A stretch of DNA of 64,000 nucleotides, taken from an uncultured Flavobacteriales bacterium. GTDB taxonomy: Bacteria; Bacteroidota; Bacteroidia; Flavobacteriales_D; CAJJDF01. The notes beneath the pieces are model-generated. The model made no database searches. It saw only the letters and a program-made list of their open reading frames with translations, and had not been told where the DNA came from. The DNA lies in contig CAJJDF010000015.1 of NCBI GenBank assembly GCA_905182785.1, positions 3,555-67,554 on the forward strand, written 5' to 3'. Below are positions 7,549 through 17,268 of the stretch, in pieces. The translations under genes and the position numbers were made by a program. Within the stretch, counting starts at the first letter, position 1. Every line of letters begins with the position of its first letter.

Positions 7549-9810
7549 TTATTTAACAACAAAGCCGAGCCTATTGTTCGCAATTTCTATTTTAAAATAA
7601 CCTTCTTCAACCTTCCATTTATTATTAACATCTACAAAAGCTAAGTCTGAAATAGGTAATTTGAATTGAACTCTTTTTGTTTCATTTGCATTCAAATTCA
7701 CCTTTCTAAAAGCTCTTAACCTTTTGACACTTGGTGTTATAGATGCGGTAGAGTCACTTATGTAAACTTGCACAACTTCCTTTCCTGCAATCTCGGAGTT
7801 GTTAGTTACATCTATACTAATTGTTATGCTATCAGTTTTAAGAATCTCAGTTTTATTGATTGATAAATTGGAATAACTAAAAATAGAATAGCTCATCCCA
7901 AATCCAAATTCCCATTGTGGATTAAATGCTTTGTGTCCAAAGCTTATGTCTAATATTTCTGTGTATTTATGATCATAAGGAACAAATGAACCGGTATACC
8001 TCGGGTAAGTAAATGGCAGTTTTCCTGATGGATTCGATTTTCCAAATAGAATTTGAGCCAAAGCTTCTCCTCCAAAATCTCCTGATAAATAGGTATGAAG
8101 AATTGCATTTGCATCATTCACAATAGAATTAATAATTCTAGGACGATTAAAACTTAAAGCAAATACAATAGGTTTATTCAATTTACTTAGTTCTTTTACC
8201 AATTCAACTTGAGCATCTGGTAAATTTAAATCCTTTATGTTTCCAGGTATTTCTGTACAAGGAATTTCTCCCAAGCAAATAACTATCACTTCGCTTTTCT
8301 TAGCTTTTGCAATTGTCTCATTCAAATTTGCTTTTTTATCTAATTCAGAACCTAAAGAATAGATTACATTCCCTGTGCTATTTTCTTTTATTGCCTCGTA
8401 AAAGGTTTTAGTTTTTTTAGTATTATATGCAGTGTCTACTCCTTGCCAAGTGTGAGTCCAAGCTCCGTTTTGTATATTCAATGAATTGGCAGCTGGTCCA
8501 CAAACTAAAATGTTAGTATTTTCCTTTAATGGAAGTAAACTTTTCTCGTTCTTTAATAAAGTGATAGACTCTAGAGCAGTATTTAATGCAATTTTTTTAT
8601 GCTCGTTGGAAGCGAATTTGGTATAATAATCAAAACTTGGGATAGGGTTTTTAAGTAATCCCAATTTTTTTTTTACCCATAATATTCTTCTACAGGATTC
8701 ATCCAGTCTGCTTTCTTTTATTTCTCCACTATCCACCAAACTAATTAACGCTCTATTGAAAGAGTAATCGTTTGGAGTCATACTCATATCAATTCCAGCA
8801 TCAATAGCTAGTTTTACTGCTTCACGCATATCTTTCGCTACTTTATGATCTCTATAAAGTTTTATAATATCTTCCCAATCTGTTACAGCAATCCCTTTGA
8901 ATCCTAATTCATCTCTAAGCAAATTTGTTAAAATAGCTGGATTTGCATGAACAGGAATTCCGTTTATTTCACCAGAATTTATCATTACTGTCAAAGCATT
9001 TTCTTTAATAGCAGTCTCAAAAGTTGGCAAATAGTATTCTTTAAGCTGTCTTGCAGGAATCCAAGCTGGAGTTCTGTCTTTTCCGGACAATGGAGTACTG
9101 TAACCTAAAAAATGCTTCATACAAGATGCTACTTTCTCAGGGTTGGAAGGATCGTCCCCTTGATATCCAGTTATACAAGCTTCTGTCATTTTTTTTGCTA
9201 AATAAACATCTTCTCCATAAGTTTCAAAAAACCTTGACCACAAAGGCTGACGTCCAATATCTAATACTGGAGAGAAATTCCAAGGAATTCCAGATGCACG
9301 ACATTCATAAGCAGTAACTGATGCCCCTTGTTTTACTAATTCTGGATTCCAAGTAGCTGCTTGTCCAATTTGCTGTGGAAAAAGAGTTGCATCTACTGTG
9401 TAGTTCACCCCATGAATAGCATCAATACCATAAATAACAGGAATCTTATTTCCTTCTGTAATTGCTTTAGTTTGTATTTGGGTAATAATTTTTTCCCAAC
9501 GATCTCTTGTGTAAGTGTGACCCCCAACATTAAGTATGGAACCAACAAAATAATGGTTGATTGCAGAATCTAATTTTAAAGAATCTAATTGATGAGGTTT
9601 TACTAGATTGAATATCTCTCCTTTCGAGATTACATCAATATTTATTTGAGTCATTTGCCCCACTTTCTCAGCAATACTCATTTTGGAAATGAAATTTTCA
9701 ATTTCTTTATCAAATCCTATTTCGGATTTATTATTTTTCTTCTTCTCAGAGCAAGAGTTCGTAAGAAAAATTATTGATACAAGGATTAAACCTAATTTCA
9801 TTCCTTTCAT
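7549..9810 (-). CDS. bglX: GH3 beta-glucosidase (exo-beta-glucanase), lipoprotein
   Basis: 753 aa. Contains the GH3 nucleophile motif GFKGIAVTDWEDI, an N-terminal TIM barrel, an alpha/beta sandwich and an Fn3-like tail. The signal peptide ends LTNSC. Its ATG overlaps the upstream stop (ATGA at 9807-9810). Confidence 0.9.
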   Translation of the reverse strand: MKGMKLGLILVSIIFLTNSCSEKKKNNKSEIGFDKEIENFISKMSIAEKVGQMTQINIDVISKGEIFNLVKPHQLDSLKLDSAINHYFVGSILNVGGHTYTRDRWEKIITQIQTKAITEGNKIPVIYGIDAIHGVNYTVDATLFPQQIGQAATWNPELVKQGASVTAYECRASGIPWNFSPVLDIGRQPLWSRFFETYGEDVYLAKKMTEACITGYQGDDPSNPEKVASCMKHFLGYSTPLSGKDRTPAWIPARQLKEYYLPTFETAIKENALTVMINSGEINGIPVHANPAILTNLLRDELGFKGIAVTDWEDIIKLYRDHKVAKDMREAVKLAIDAGIDMSMTPNDYSFNRALISLVDSGEIKESRLDESCRRILWVKKKLGLLKNPIPSFDYYTKFASNEHKKIALNTALESITLLKNEKSLLPLKENTNILVCGPAANSLNIQNGAWTHTWQGVDTAYNTKKTKTFYEAIKENSTGNVIYSLGSELDKKANLNETIAKAKKSEVIVICLGEIPCTEIPGNIKDLNLPDAQVELVKELSKLNKPIVFALSFNRPRIINSIVNDANAILHTYLSGDFGGEALAQILFGKSNPSGKLPFTYPRYTGSFVPYDHKYTEILDISFGHKAFNPQWEFGFGMSYSIFSYSNLSINKTEILKTDSITISIDVTNNSEIAGKEVVQVYISDSTASITPSVKRLRAFRKVNLNANETKRVQFKLPISDLAFVDVNNKWKVEEGYFKIEIANNRLGFVVK

Positions 9811-10949
9811 TTATCAGTAATTTTAATTTCATTTATAAAAACTTCTCCTTCGCCAGTTCCTTCAAAATAGACTTCTCTTATTTGGTCCATTGCAAAATTT
9901 TTATCTTTCAAATTCAAGTTTTTCATAGGGACATTTATTATAGTCCAGTCATTAGAAGTTATTGTTTGAGTTTTACTTGTAAAAATTTCAGCTTTATGTC
10001 CTCTGAAATCGTGTATAAAAACTTTGAATGCTGAGTTTTTTGTTGCTTTTATTTTAATTTGAAAACTAGAATTTTCATCAATACCTCTAAGGTTCATTGC
10101 ATACCAACCATTCCAGTTAATCCCCCATTTTGCCCAGCTGCATTCTTTTGAATTGTATATCCAGTGAATTTGTTTTGTTTCATTTTTAGATATTTCCTCT
10201 ACCAAAGTTTGACATTCGTTATTTTCAGAACCCCAAACATCTTCTTCAAAACTTCCTTCTCTGTAAACAATTTGATTCGCGTTTCCTTTTGGTCTCATGA
10301 GTTCAACATCTGCTCTCATTTTGTCATATTTTTCTTGAGAATAGTCGATAATCGTGATTTCATCTAGAAAGAATGACCCACCACCTTCTAGTTGAAATTT
10401 CATTTGTTTTATTGAGCTAATATCTACTTCATTTTCTTCATCTATAGGGAAATGCCATAATGGAACAATTATTTGTTTCCAAGTTGTATCCATTTCAAGA
10501 CCATAAAGGTATTTTCCTGCATCAATATAATAATAACTTCCTCCACCAGAAAAATCTTCTAAGTTTGCAACAATAGGAATTGCTCGTGCGGTTTTTTCTT
10601 GTGTTCTTACGTAAAATGAAAGTGCTTTTCTGAAACGGGATTCAGACAAATCTGTTGGCTGCCAGTTATTGAAACTGTTTCCAAATCCAATCCATTCACA
10701 TTTTGCTTTATTCCAATCTAACTTTATGCTGGATTTTCCAGAATAAGCTACTTGGTTACTTATTTCGAAGTTTCCACAATTGAAAAGTGAATTCCACATT
10801 GTCCCTGTCCCTTCGCTAAAAAATACTTGTTCATCATCTTCTCTAGAGGCAGGGAATTCATATTTGTCATATAAGACCTGTTCTTGAAATTTTATACTGT
10901 CACAAGTTGCAAGTAGTAATGTAAACGTTATAAAAACTAATTTTCTCAA
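9807..10949 (-). CDS. lipoprotein with two tandem aromatic-rich beta-sandwich modules (candidate surface glycan-binding protein)
   Basis: 380 aa. The lipobox reads LLATC. There are two ~165-aa halves, each with a W/G-rich core (CEWIGFGNSFNNW; WAKWGINWNGWY) and a terminal ...FLDEITII / ...VFINEIKI strand. ATGA overlaps occur at both ends. Confidence 0.6.
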   Translation of the reverse strand: MRKLVFITFTLLLATCDSIKFQEQVLYDKYEFPASREDDEQVFFSEGTGTMWNSLFNCGNFEISNQVAYSGKSSIKLDWNKAKCEWIGFGNSFNNWQPTDLSESRFRKALSFYVRTQEKTARAIPIVANLEDFSGGGSYYYIDAGKYLYGLEMDTTWKQIIVPLWHFPIDEENEVDISSIKQMKFQLEGGGSFFLDEITIIDYSQEKYDKMRADVELMRPKGNANQIVYREGSFEEDVWGSENNECQTLVEEISKNETKQIHWIYNSKECSWAKWGINWNGWYAMNLRGIDENSSFQIKIKATKNSAFKVFIHDFRGHKAEIFTSKTQTITSNDWTIINVPMKNLNLKDKNFAMDQIREVYFEGTGEGEVFINEIKITDK

Positions 10950-11947
10950 GGTGTGTAAGGTTTATTAGTAGTAAATATCAAATGATCAATGTATGCTTTG
11001 GCTAATCCATTGTCTTTGTTGGCCAGGTAAAACACGTTAATAGACATTAATTTTCCTGGTTCTGGTAGTCCGTTACCATTAGTGGAAACTTTATTACCGT
11101 CAACATCAAATTGTATGTCAGAGTACTTGTAACTGATTAGATTCCATCCTGTATCCTCGAACCAATATTCGTAAATAAATCTATCTTCAGTAGCTAAGTC
11201 GAATGTTCCATCTCCATTTTCGTCTTCATCAAACCAAAACTGGATAAATGTGTTTCCAGTACCAGAGTTTTCAATTGGCTTGAAAGCCATGTTAAAAAAC
11301 AAATTAGAAGCACTTGCTGGTAATCCGAAATTAGCTGTGCTAGGCTGAATCATAACTGACCCAATAGCCCAATCCCAAGGGACATTTCCAGTAAAACTGT
11401 AATGACAATTTCCTTTTGCAGATTCTCCGCTTCCACAATCGATTTTTCCTTGAACTGTCGATTGATTAAATTTAGACCAATTTGCACCTTCTCCATTTTC
11501 AAAACTTGTAATAAGGTATCCTGCATCTACTTTGCTTCCAGTAATAGAAACGGTATCATAAAGTATAGGTGAGCCTTCTTCCTTGGGAAAACTTATTTCA
11601 ATATAGGCAGTTTCTATTCCAAATCCAGGGAAAGAATTTGCTCCTCCATCCCAAGTAGAATTGTCAGCAGAAATAACTCTTTGGGTTCCACTTATAGACC
11701 TTTTAGCCCCAGTTGAAGCCCCAGTAATTGAAATTACCCAGTCGGTATTTTTCGATAATTCACCTGTAAAGTGAAGCGTGTTATCTACAGGGAAATCTGC
11801 TGTTTTTTTGTTAACTTCAATTTCTTGGATTATTGAAAATGGGCCGAATAAGTCATTTAAATCAGGACCATCAAAATTTTCTGAATCGTCTTTTCTACAA
11901 GAAAAGATTAAGAGAACTGATATAAGGACTAATGTTGTTTTTTTCAT
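10946..11947 (-). CDS. lipoprotein, candidate surface glycan-binding protein
   Basis: 333 aa. The lipobox reads LIFSC. The protein is rich in beta-strands and ends YIDHLIFT, like the neighbouring CBM-like modules. I recognised no known family. Confidence 0.55.
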   Translation of the reverse strand: MKKTTLVLISVLLIFSCRKDDSENFDGPDLNDLFGPFSIIQEIEVNKKTADFPVDNTLHFTGELSKNTDWVISITGASTGAKRSISGTQRVISADNSTWDGGANSFPGFGIETAYIEISFPKEEGSPILYDTVSITGSKVDAGYLITSFENGEGANWSKFNQSTVQGKIDCGSGESAKGNCHYSFTGNVPWDWAIGSVMIQPSTANFGLPASASNLFFNMAFKPIENSGTGNTFIQFWFDEDENGDGTFDLATEDRFIYEYWFEDTGWNLISYKYSDIQFDVDGNKVSTNGNGLPEPGKLMSINVFYLANKDNGLAKAYIDHLIFTTNKPYTP

Positions 11948-11950
11948 AAT

Positions 11951-13666
11951 TTAAAAAGTAAGAGAGTATAAAAATGTGAATTGTGAAATTCCATAATTCA
12001 CAGAAGTTGCGTCTTTGTGTTTTACATCAAAAAATTGGTATTGAGCAGACAAAGTATTTTTATCGTTAAATCTATATCTTAGCCCTGAAGCATAAGTATT
12101 TTCTGAAAAATTATAATCTAAGATATCGAAATTTTCAATGGCGTTAAATTGATTACGCAGATTCACGTAAGTATTTCCTTTTACCACCCATACTTTGGCA
12201 CCAACCAAAAGGTCTAGTTTCTCGGCAAACTCCCAAGATATTCCCGCATCTATAAAAGTGCTATTAAGTTTTACTTTTTCGTATACTTCTCCAGTTCTCG
12301 AAGTGTTTTCGTATCTAAGTCCTAAATCAACTTTTAGCTGTTTTTTCCATCCAAAAAAATCATTGATATATACATCAGTTCCTGCTTCAATTTGTATAAA
12401 TTTTTTCTTTTTAGAGGTTCCCGTTCCTCTAGACTGAGTCATAAATGCAGCCTTGACAAAACTGTTTTTAAATTTAACAGAATCCGTTCTTACTAAATTT
12501 AGATAAACTCCTCTTCTGTTTGGAGTTGCATCTCCGTAAGGATTCATATTGTTGTATCCAGCAAAATAAGGAATTAGCTCCTCTGATATCTTAATTGAAT
12601 TTTCAGTGTTTCCGCTAATAAAATCAGTGTAACTTATTGGTCTTCCTGTTACATTATTACTTATTTGCTGGTATAACCCAGGGAATTTCGAATAATTAAT
12701 TCTTTTTGTTTGCGCTCCTGGAGATAAAAAATCAGCTCCAATATCTTTATAACCCAATTCTACAGTGATTTTTTTGTCTTCAAAATCTGTAACGAATGCT
12801 AGATCATAAAAATAATCATTTATAGATTCTGGCGCTCTAGCATCTTTGTAATTTATGTATTGCGCTCCAGACATCCCTGTTTCCGTTTTTATCCCTAGAC
12901 TAATGTTTTCTCTCAAATTCCTTTTATAAAGTAAATTAAAAGTATGGACATTATTTTTATATTGAATACTGTCTTGAATAGTTTCTGTAAGGTCAAAAAT
13001 ATTAACACTATTGAAACCAAAGGAAAGGTTTTCACTTTGTTTAATATTTATTGTTCCACCACCATATAATCTTTCTGGCTCTACAATTCCATCAGTTGGT
13101 CTTTGTCTAGTAATGAATCCTTTAAATTTTATGGCTTCGATTACATTCGCAAACTCTAATCCAAAATTCACTTTTGCTCCTTGCATTCTCCAGGAGTTGT
13201 CTTCGTTATAGAACATATCGTAATACACTATTTCTCTTCTCATGGCAAACACATCTCCTTCATTTATTGCACCTTCTTCAATTGTATTGAATAAAGTATA
13301 AGGAGTCATTTTTAGATCTATATCCCCAATTTCATATTTTACTTTATTTCCTGCAACCCCTTTCAAAGTAAGTTGTCTTACATTAAAAGAAACACCACCT
13401 CCCCAGAACCCGCCAATTTCGTTTCTAATTCTAAACATAGAAATTACCTCAGTATTTTTATTTGGGAATAAACTAATTCCCATATCCAATAGCGTGTGTC
13501 CGTAATTCGCTTTTCTTGTTGTAACTGAATCAAGAGATTCGTCTATATTCAATTTATTAGAAAATAAATAACCCCTTGCCGCTCCGTTTATTTGAAACTT
13601 CTTTTGCTGACCAATAAGTACATTGGTAGTTAGAATTAAAAGCAGTATTAATATTTTTTTAGTCAT
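11951..13666 (-). CDS. plug-less outer-membrane beta-barrel (putative porin)
   Basis: 571 aa with a signal peptide. The mature N-terminus enters alternating beta-strand sequence directly, with no TonB box or plug-sized domain. It is rich in Y/G/N and has a C-terminal aromatic signature ...FLYSLTF. Confidence 0.6.
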   Translation of the reverse strand: MTKKILILLLILTTNVLIGQQKKFQINGAARGYLFSNKLNIDESLDSVTTRKANYGHTLLDMGISLFPNKNTEVISMFRIRNEIGGFWGGGVSFNVRQLTLKGVAGNKVKYEIGDIDLKMTPYTLFNTIEEGAINEGDVFAMRREIVYYDMFYNEDNSWRMQGAKVNFGLEFANVIEAIKFKGFITRQRPTDGIVEPERLYGGGTINIKQSENLSFGFNSVNIFDLTETIQDSIQYKNNVHTFNLLYKRNLRENISLGIKTETGMSGAQYINYKDARAPESINDYFYDLAFVTDFEDKKITVELGYKDIGADFLSPGAQTKRINYSKFPGLYQQISNNVTGRPISYTDFISGNTENSIKISEELIPYFAGYNNMNPYGDATPNRRGVYLNLVRTDSVKFKNSFVKAAFMTQSRGTGTSKKKKFIQIEAGTDVYINDFFGWKKQLKVDLGLRYENTSRTGEVYEKVKLNSTFIDAGISWEFAEKLDLLVGAKVWVVKGNTYVNLRNQFNAIENFDILDYNFSENTYASGLRYRFNDKNTLSAQYQFFDVKHKDATSVNYGISQFTFLYSLTF

Positions 13667-15561
13667 TAGAAAATAATTTTTAGTTCCAAAGTAGTTTCGT
13701 GACCTGCAAATTGATCCAATGCAAAATTGCGGTCTTTAAATGTGAAATACCTATGTCTTAAATAAATAGCTGTATTTTTTGCTAATAAATAATCTATCCC
13801 AAGCCCAAAAGCAAACCCCTCCTGGTTTCTTGGGCGGTTAGATTCAATATCAACTTCGGTATCGTAATTTGCAATTACCCTTTCCCATCCTAAATATTGA
13901 GATAATATTACTTTAGGATGTAGTTTGTAATAACTTTCTAATTGGTGAGAATAATAACGCAAATATGCCTCCTCATTAAATACGGTAACAGGCGAAAATT
14001 TCTTTTGTATAGAATTGTATGAACCTAAGTAAAATAAGTGCCAAGGATTTCCAAAAAGATTTATTTTATACTTTACTTGCGCTTCAATGTTATTAAAATG
14101 TTTGTCATTCACAACTGCCCCCTGATTGTCTAAATCAGTTAAATTAAGTGTTTGAAATACATTTCTAAATAAAACAGAAGTGCTGTTATACGGTCCAACA
14201 TTAGCTGGGAAACTCCATCTCCAAAATCTAGACATTGTTAATCCGTTTATGGCGTGACCGTAAGTAATGGATTTGTTTTCGTTTCTAATTTCTTTTGAGA
14301 AACCATTGCCAATTGAAACAATAGCCTCCTTTATTTTAAATTCGGTATTAATATTTAACCCCTGACGGTTATTTGCCATTTGTCCCATACCAAGCATTGC
14401 ACTTCCATTTTGTTGTAACACTCCATTGGCACCAATCACTGTGCTGATTCCAGCTGCAGCAGATGTTGCCTCAACTACAGAAGTATTTACAAATTCGGCA
14501 TTGTTATTTACAACATCAGGATTTATTCTGAAATAATGAATTTCGATTGGGATCTTAGTCAAGCTTTTCTTTAAATTTACTTTTAATGAAACCATTTCGC
14601 CTATTCCTAAATCTTTGTACACATCCTTATAATGTCCCGCTCCAACCTCTCCTAATAAAGAAAATTTATCGAAGCTAAAATAAAACTCACTGGTTAAAAC
14701 TTGGTTACTTATTTCTTCTGTTGCAAGAGCATTAGAGTAAGTTTTTCTATTAAAACTATTCAGACTAATTCTGTGTTTATTAAAAGTTTTTTTAATACTT
14801 CCCGCAATTACATTGTTAGGAATTGTATTGTCATAAAATTTAATAAAATTATTGGAAGTGGAATCATACGATATATTGGCAGGATCTATAAAAGCTGCTC
14901 CAGCATTTTGAGTCTTCCCATACATAAAATTAGCTGATATTCCAAGTGGTAATTCTGTTAAATCTAATATAAATCCTTGAACAGCTTGTTGCGCCCATCT
15001 TGTATCTTGAGAAATTGCCCCGTTCTTATAATAATCTTCGTACCTCTTGTTCAATTCTTTGAATTGCGGATCCCAAGGATTTCTGTCGAAAATGCTATAT
15101 CTATTATAACCAGAAAATGACTTCATTGTGAATGCAGTCATACTATGCCAGTGAATTCCTCCAGCTTTTACGCCAATATTTGCAAATTTTGTTTTAAAAT
15201 TCCCATACAAATTTATTCCTAATTGTAGATTGTGATAGTAATCGAAATCACCATTGTTTTGATTCCAGATTACCAAATCTGTACCAAAAGAAGTCCCTTT
15301 TGATGGACTTCCTCCAATGTTTAGAGTTAACTCTGGCAATTGAGATGCATCACCAACTAGGATCGTTCGTTTACTTAAATATTGGGGTTGGTCATTTAAT
15401 ACTTGAAAAGCATACGGGTTTGTAAACAACCTATGTTGTGTAAAAAATCGATAATTTCCACTGATATTAAATCCTTGCAAAGGAGCTTTTTTAACAATAG
15501 TGTCTTGAGCAACTAATTGAAAAGAAAACAACAGTAATATGATTGTATAAATTGACTTCAT
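13666..15561 (-). CDS. plug-less outer-membrane beta-barrel (putative porin)
   Basis: The ORF track gives 13666-15588. I prefer the second Met (MKSIYTIILLLFSFQLVAQ, a clean signal peptide), ATG at 15559-15561, which gives 631 aa and removes the 26-nt overlap with the symporter. The C-terminus is ...TTLELKIIF. No plug or TonB box. Confidence 0.6.
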   Translation of the reverse strand: MKSIYTIILLLFSFQLVAQDTIVKKAPLQGFNISGNYRFFTQHRLFTNPYAFQVLNDQPQYLSKRTILVGDASQLPELTLNIGGSPSKGTSFGTDLVIWNQNNGDFDYYHNLQLGINLYGNFKTKFANIGVKAGGIHWHSMTAFTMKSFSGYNRYSIFDRNPWDPQFKELNKRYEDYYKNGAISQDTRWAQQAVQGFILDLTELPLGISANFMYGKTQNAGAAFIDPANISYDSTSNNFIKFYDNTIPNNVIAGSIKKTFNKHRISLNSFNRKTYSNALATEEISNQVLTSEFYFSFDKFSLLGEVGAGHYKDVYKDLGIGEMVSLKVNLKKSLTKIPIEIHYFRINPDVVNNNAEFVNTSVVEATSAAAGISTVIGANGVLQQNGSAMLGMGQMANNRQGLNINTEFKIKEAIVSIGNGFSKEIRNENKSITYGHAINGLTMSRFWRWSFPANVGPYNSTSVLFRNVFQTLNLTDLDNQGAVVNDKHFNNIEAQVKYKINLFGNPWHLFYLGSYNSIQKKFSPVTVFNEEAYLRYYSHQLESYYKLHPKVILSQYLGWERVIANYDTEVDIESNRPRNQEGFAFGLGIDYLLAKNTAIYLRHRYFTFKDRNFALDQFAGHETTLELKIIF

Positions 15562-15562
15562 T

Positions 15563-17206
15563 TTACCAAAAGATTGAATATAGTGCAATTAATAATAAGA
15601 TGATTCCGAATGATAAAATATTGTAAGTTTTGTCAGTTTTGAATAAATTAGAAGTAAAATGTATTCCTTTTTTGTCGTCTACCCCTTTGTTTTGTAGTAA
15701 TGATATAACTATCATAATGGTAGTAGTAATTAGAAATGTAATTCCCATTTGATGCATAAATGGTAAGTCTGGAAAGATTGCACTACTTGACCATCCTTTG
15801 GGGCCAATCTTGAAAAACATTGCAATAGGTATAGAAAGAAAAGCACCAATTATTGCAGCTCTTGCTGTGGCTTTTTTCCAAAACAAACCTAAAATAAATA
15901 TGGCTAAGATTCCTGGACTAACTATACCAGTATATTCCTGAATGTATTGAAACATCTCTGGAACACTATCTAGTAAAGGAGCTAAAATCACAGCAATTAT
16001 CAAGGCAACTAATCCAGATAATCGACCTACTTTAACTAGTTGTTTTTCTGATGCTTCTTTGTTGATTAAGGGTTTGTACAAATCCATTGTGAAAATGGTA
16101 GAAGTACTATTTAGCATGGAAGCAAGCGAAGAAACAATTGCTGCTGCTAATGCTGCAAGGATTAATCCTTTTAATCCTGCTGGAATAAATTTAGAAATTA
16201 ACCAAGGATATGCTCTGTCGTTTTCTACAACACCCGCTGCATTGGTAAACTCGGCAACTACCTCAGGGTCTTCAATAAACATTGTGTATGCAATGATTCC
16301 CGGGATTATTACTATCAAAGGGACTATCATTTTTAAGATTGCTGCAAAAACAATTCCTTTTTGTGCTTCTTTGAGACTTTTTGCAGCTAATGTTCTTTGA
16401 ATAATATATTGATTGAAACCCCAATAGTAAATATTAGCAACCCACATTCCTCCTACTAATACTGCAATTCCAGGGTATTTATTGTAATCTTTATGAGCTT
16501 TATCTAAAATCATATCAAATTTCTCTGGAGCCTTTTCAAATATATATTGAAAACCACCCATTATAGATTCGTCAGGCGATATGTGAGTTAGTGCAATTCC
16601 TGTAGTAATTAGACCACCAACAATAAGTAAAACAACTTGAATAACGTCTGTCCATACAACAGAAGATAAACCACCCCACAAAGAGTAAGCAGCTGTAAAC
16701 AATGCAAATCCTATTATGCAATAGATAACCATGGCTCCATCACCTTCTCCCATAATGGTATCAAGTGCTGTTGCTCCTAAATACAAAACAGAGGTTAAAT
16801 TAACTAACACAAACAAGGCTACCCAAAATACTGCTAGAACAGATTTTACTTGAGCGTTGTATCTTTTTTCTAAGAATTCAGGAATGGTGTAAAGTCCTTT
16901 TTCAATGAAAATAGGGAGGAAATATTTACCGACAATAATAAGAGTTAAGGCTGCCATCCATTCGTAAGATGCAATAGCTAGTCCTACTACAAAACCTCCT
17001 CCAGACATTCCAATAAATTGCTCAGCAGATATATTTGCGGCAATTAGCGAAGCTCCAACAGCCCACCAGGGGAGAGATTTACTAGCAAGAAAGTAATCAC
17101 TAGAATTGACTTGATCTTTCTTAGGACGAGAGACAAACAATCCGACTGATAATATTAGGATTGCGTAAACTACTAAAACAACAATGTCAATGGGAGCTAA
17201 ATTCAT
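15563..17206 (-). CDS. sodium:solute symporter family (SGLT-like Na+/glucose) transporter
   Basis: 547 aa with ~13-14 hydrophobic helices. The N-terminus reads ...DYFLASKSLPWWAVGASLIAANISAEQFIGMSG, characteristic of the SSF/SGLT family. Confidence 0.88.
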   Translation of the reverse strand: MNLAPIDIVVLVVYAILILSVGLFVSRPKKDQVNSSDYFLASKSLPWWAVGASLIAANISAEQFIGMSGGGFVVGLAIASYEWMAALTLIIVGKYFLPIFIEKGLYTIPEFLEKRYNAQVKSVLAVFWVALFVLVNLTSVLYLGATALDTIMGEGDGAMVIYCIIGFALFTAAYSLWGGLSSVVWTDVIQVVLLIVGGLITTGIALTHISPDESIMGGFQYIFEKAPEKFDMILDKAHKDYNKYPGIAVLVGGMWVANIYYWGFNQYIIQRTLAAKSLKEAQKGIVFAAILKMIVPLIVIIPGIIAYTMFIEDPEVVAEFTNAAGVVENDRAYPWLISKFIPAGLKGLILAALAAAIVSSLASMLNSTSTIFTMDLYKPLINKEASEKQLVKVGRLSGLVALIIAVILAPLLDSVPEMFQYIQEYTGIVSPGILAIFILGLFWKKATARAAIIGAFLSIPIAMFFKIGPKGWSSSAIFPDLPFMHQMGITFLITTTIMIVISLLQNKGVDDKKGIHFTSNLFKTDKTYNILSFGIILLLIALYSIFW

Positions 17207-17231
17207 GTCTTATAATGTTAATTACACGATT

Positions 17232-17256
17232 ACTTATTGTAATACTGACGCTAAGA
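17232..17256. promoter_or_regulatory. operator-like site in the leader of the symporter gene
   Basis: Reads ACTTATTGT-aatactg-ACGCTAAGA (perfect left arm, right arm 6/9), 26-50 nt upstream of the symporter ATG (17206). A TATTTTTG -7-like box lies on the minus strand at 17260-17267, just upstream of it. Confidence 0.4.
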
Positions 17257-17268
17257 TAGCAAAAATAA

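Noticed and set aside
11951-15588. I considered calling the two large outer-membrane proteins SusC-like TonB-dependent transporters, which is the expected PUL component.
   Set aside because: At 571 and ~631 aa they are too short. No plug-sized N-terminal domain or TonB-box-like segment follows the signal peptide, and no SusD-like helical lipoprotein follows them. I therefore call them plug-less barrels, pending HMM checks.
16059-16400. A 113-aa plus-strand ORF.
   Set aside because: It is a shadow ORF inside the Na+/solute symporter gene.
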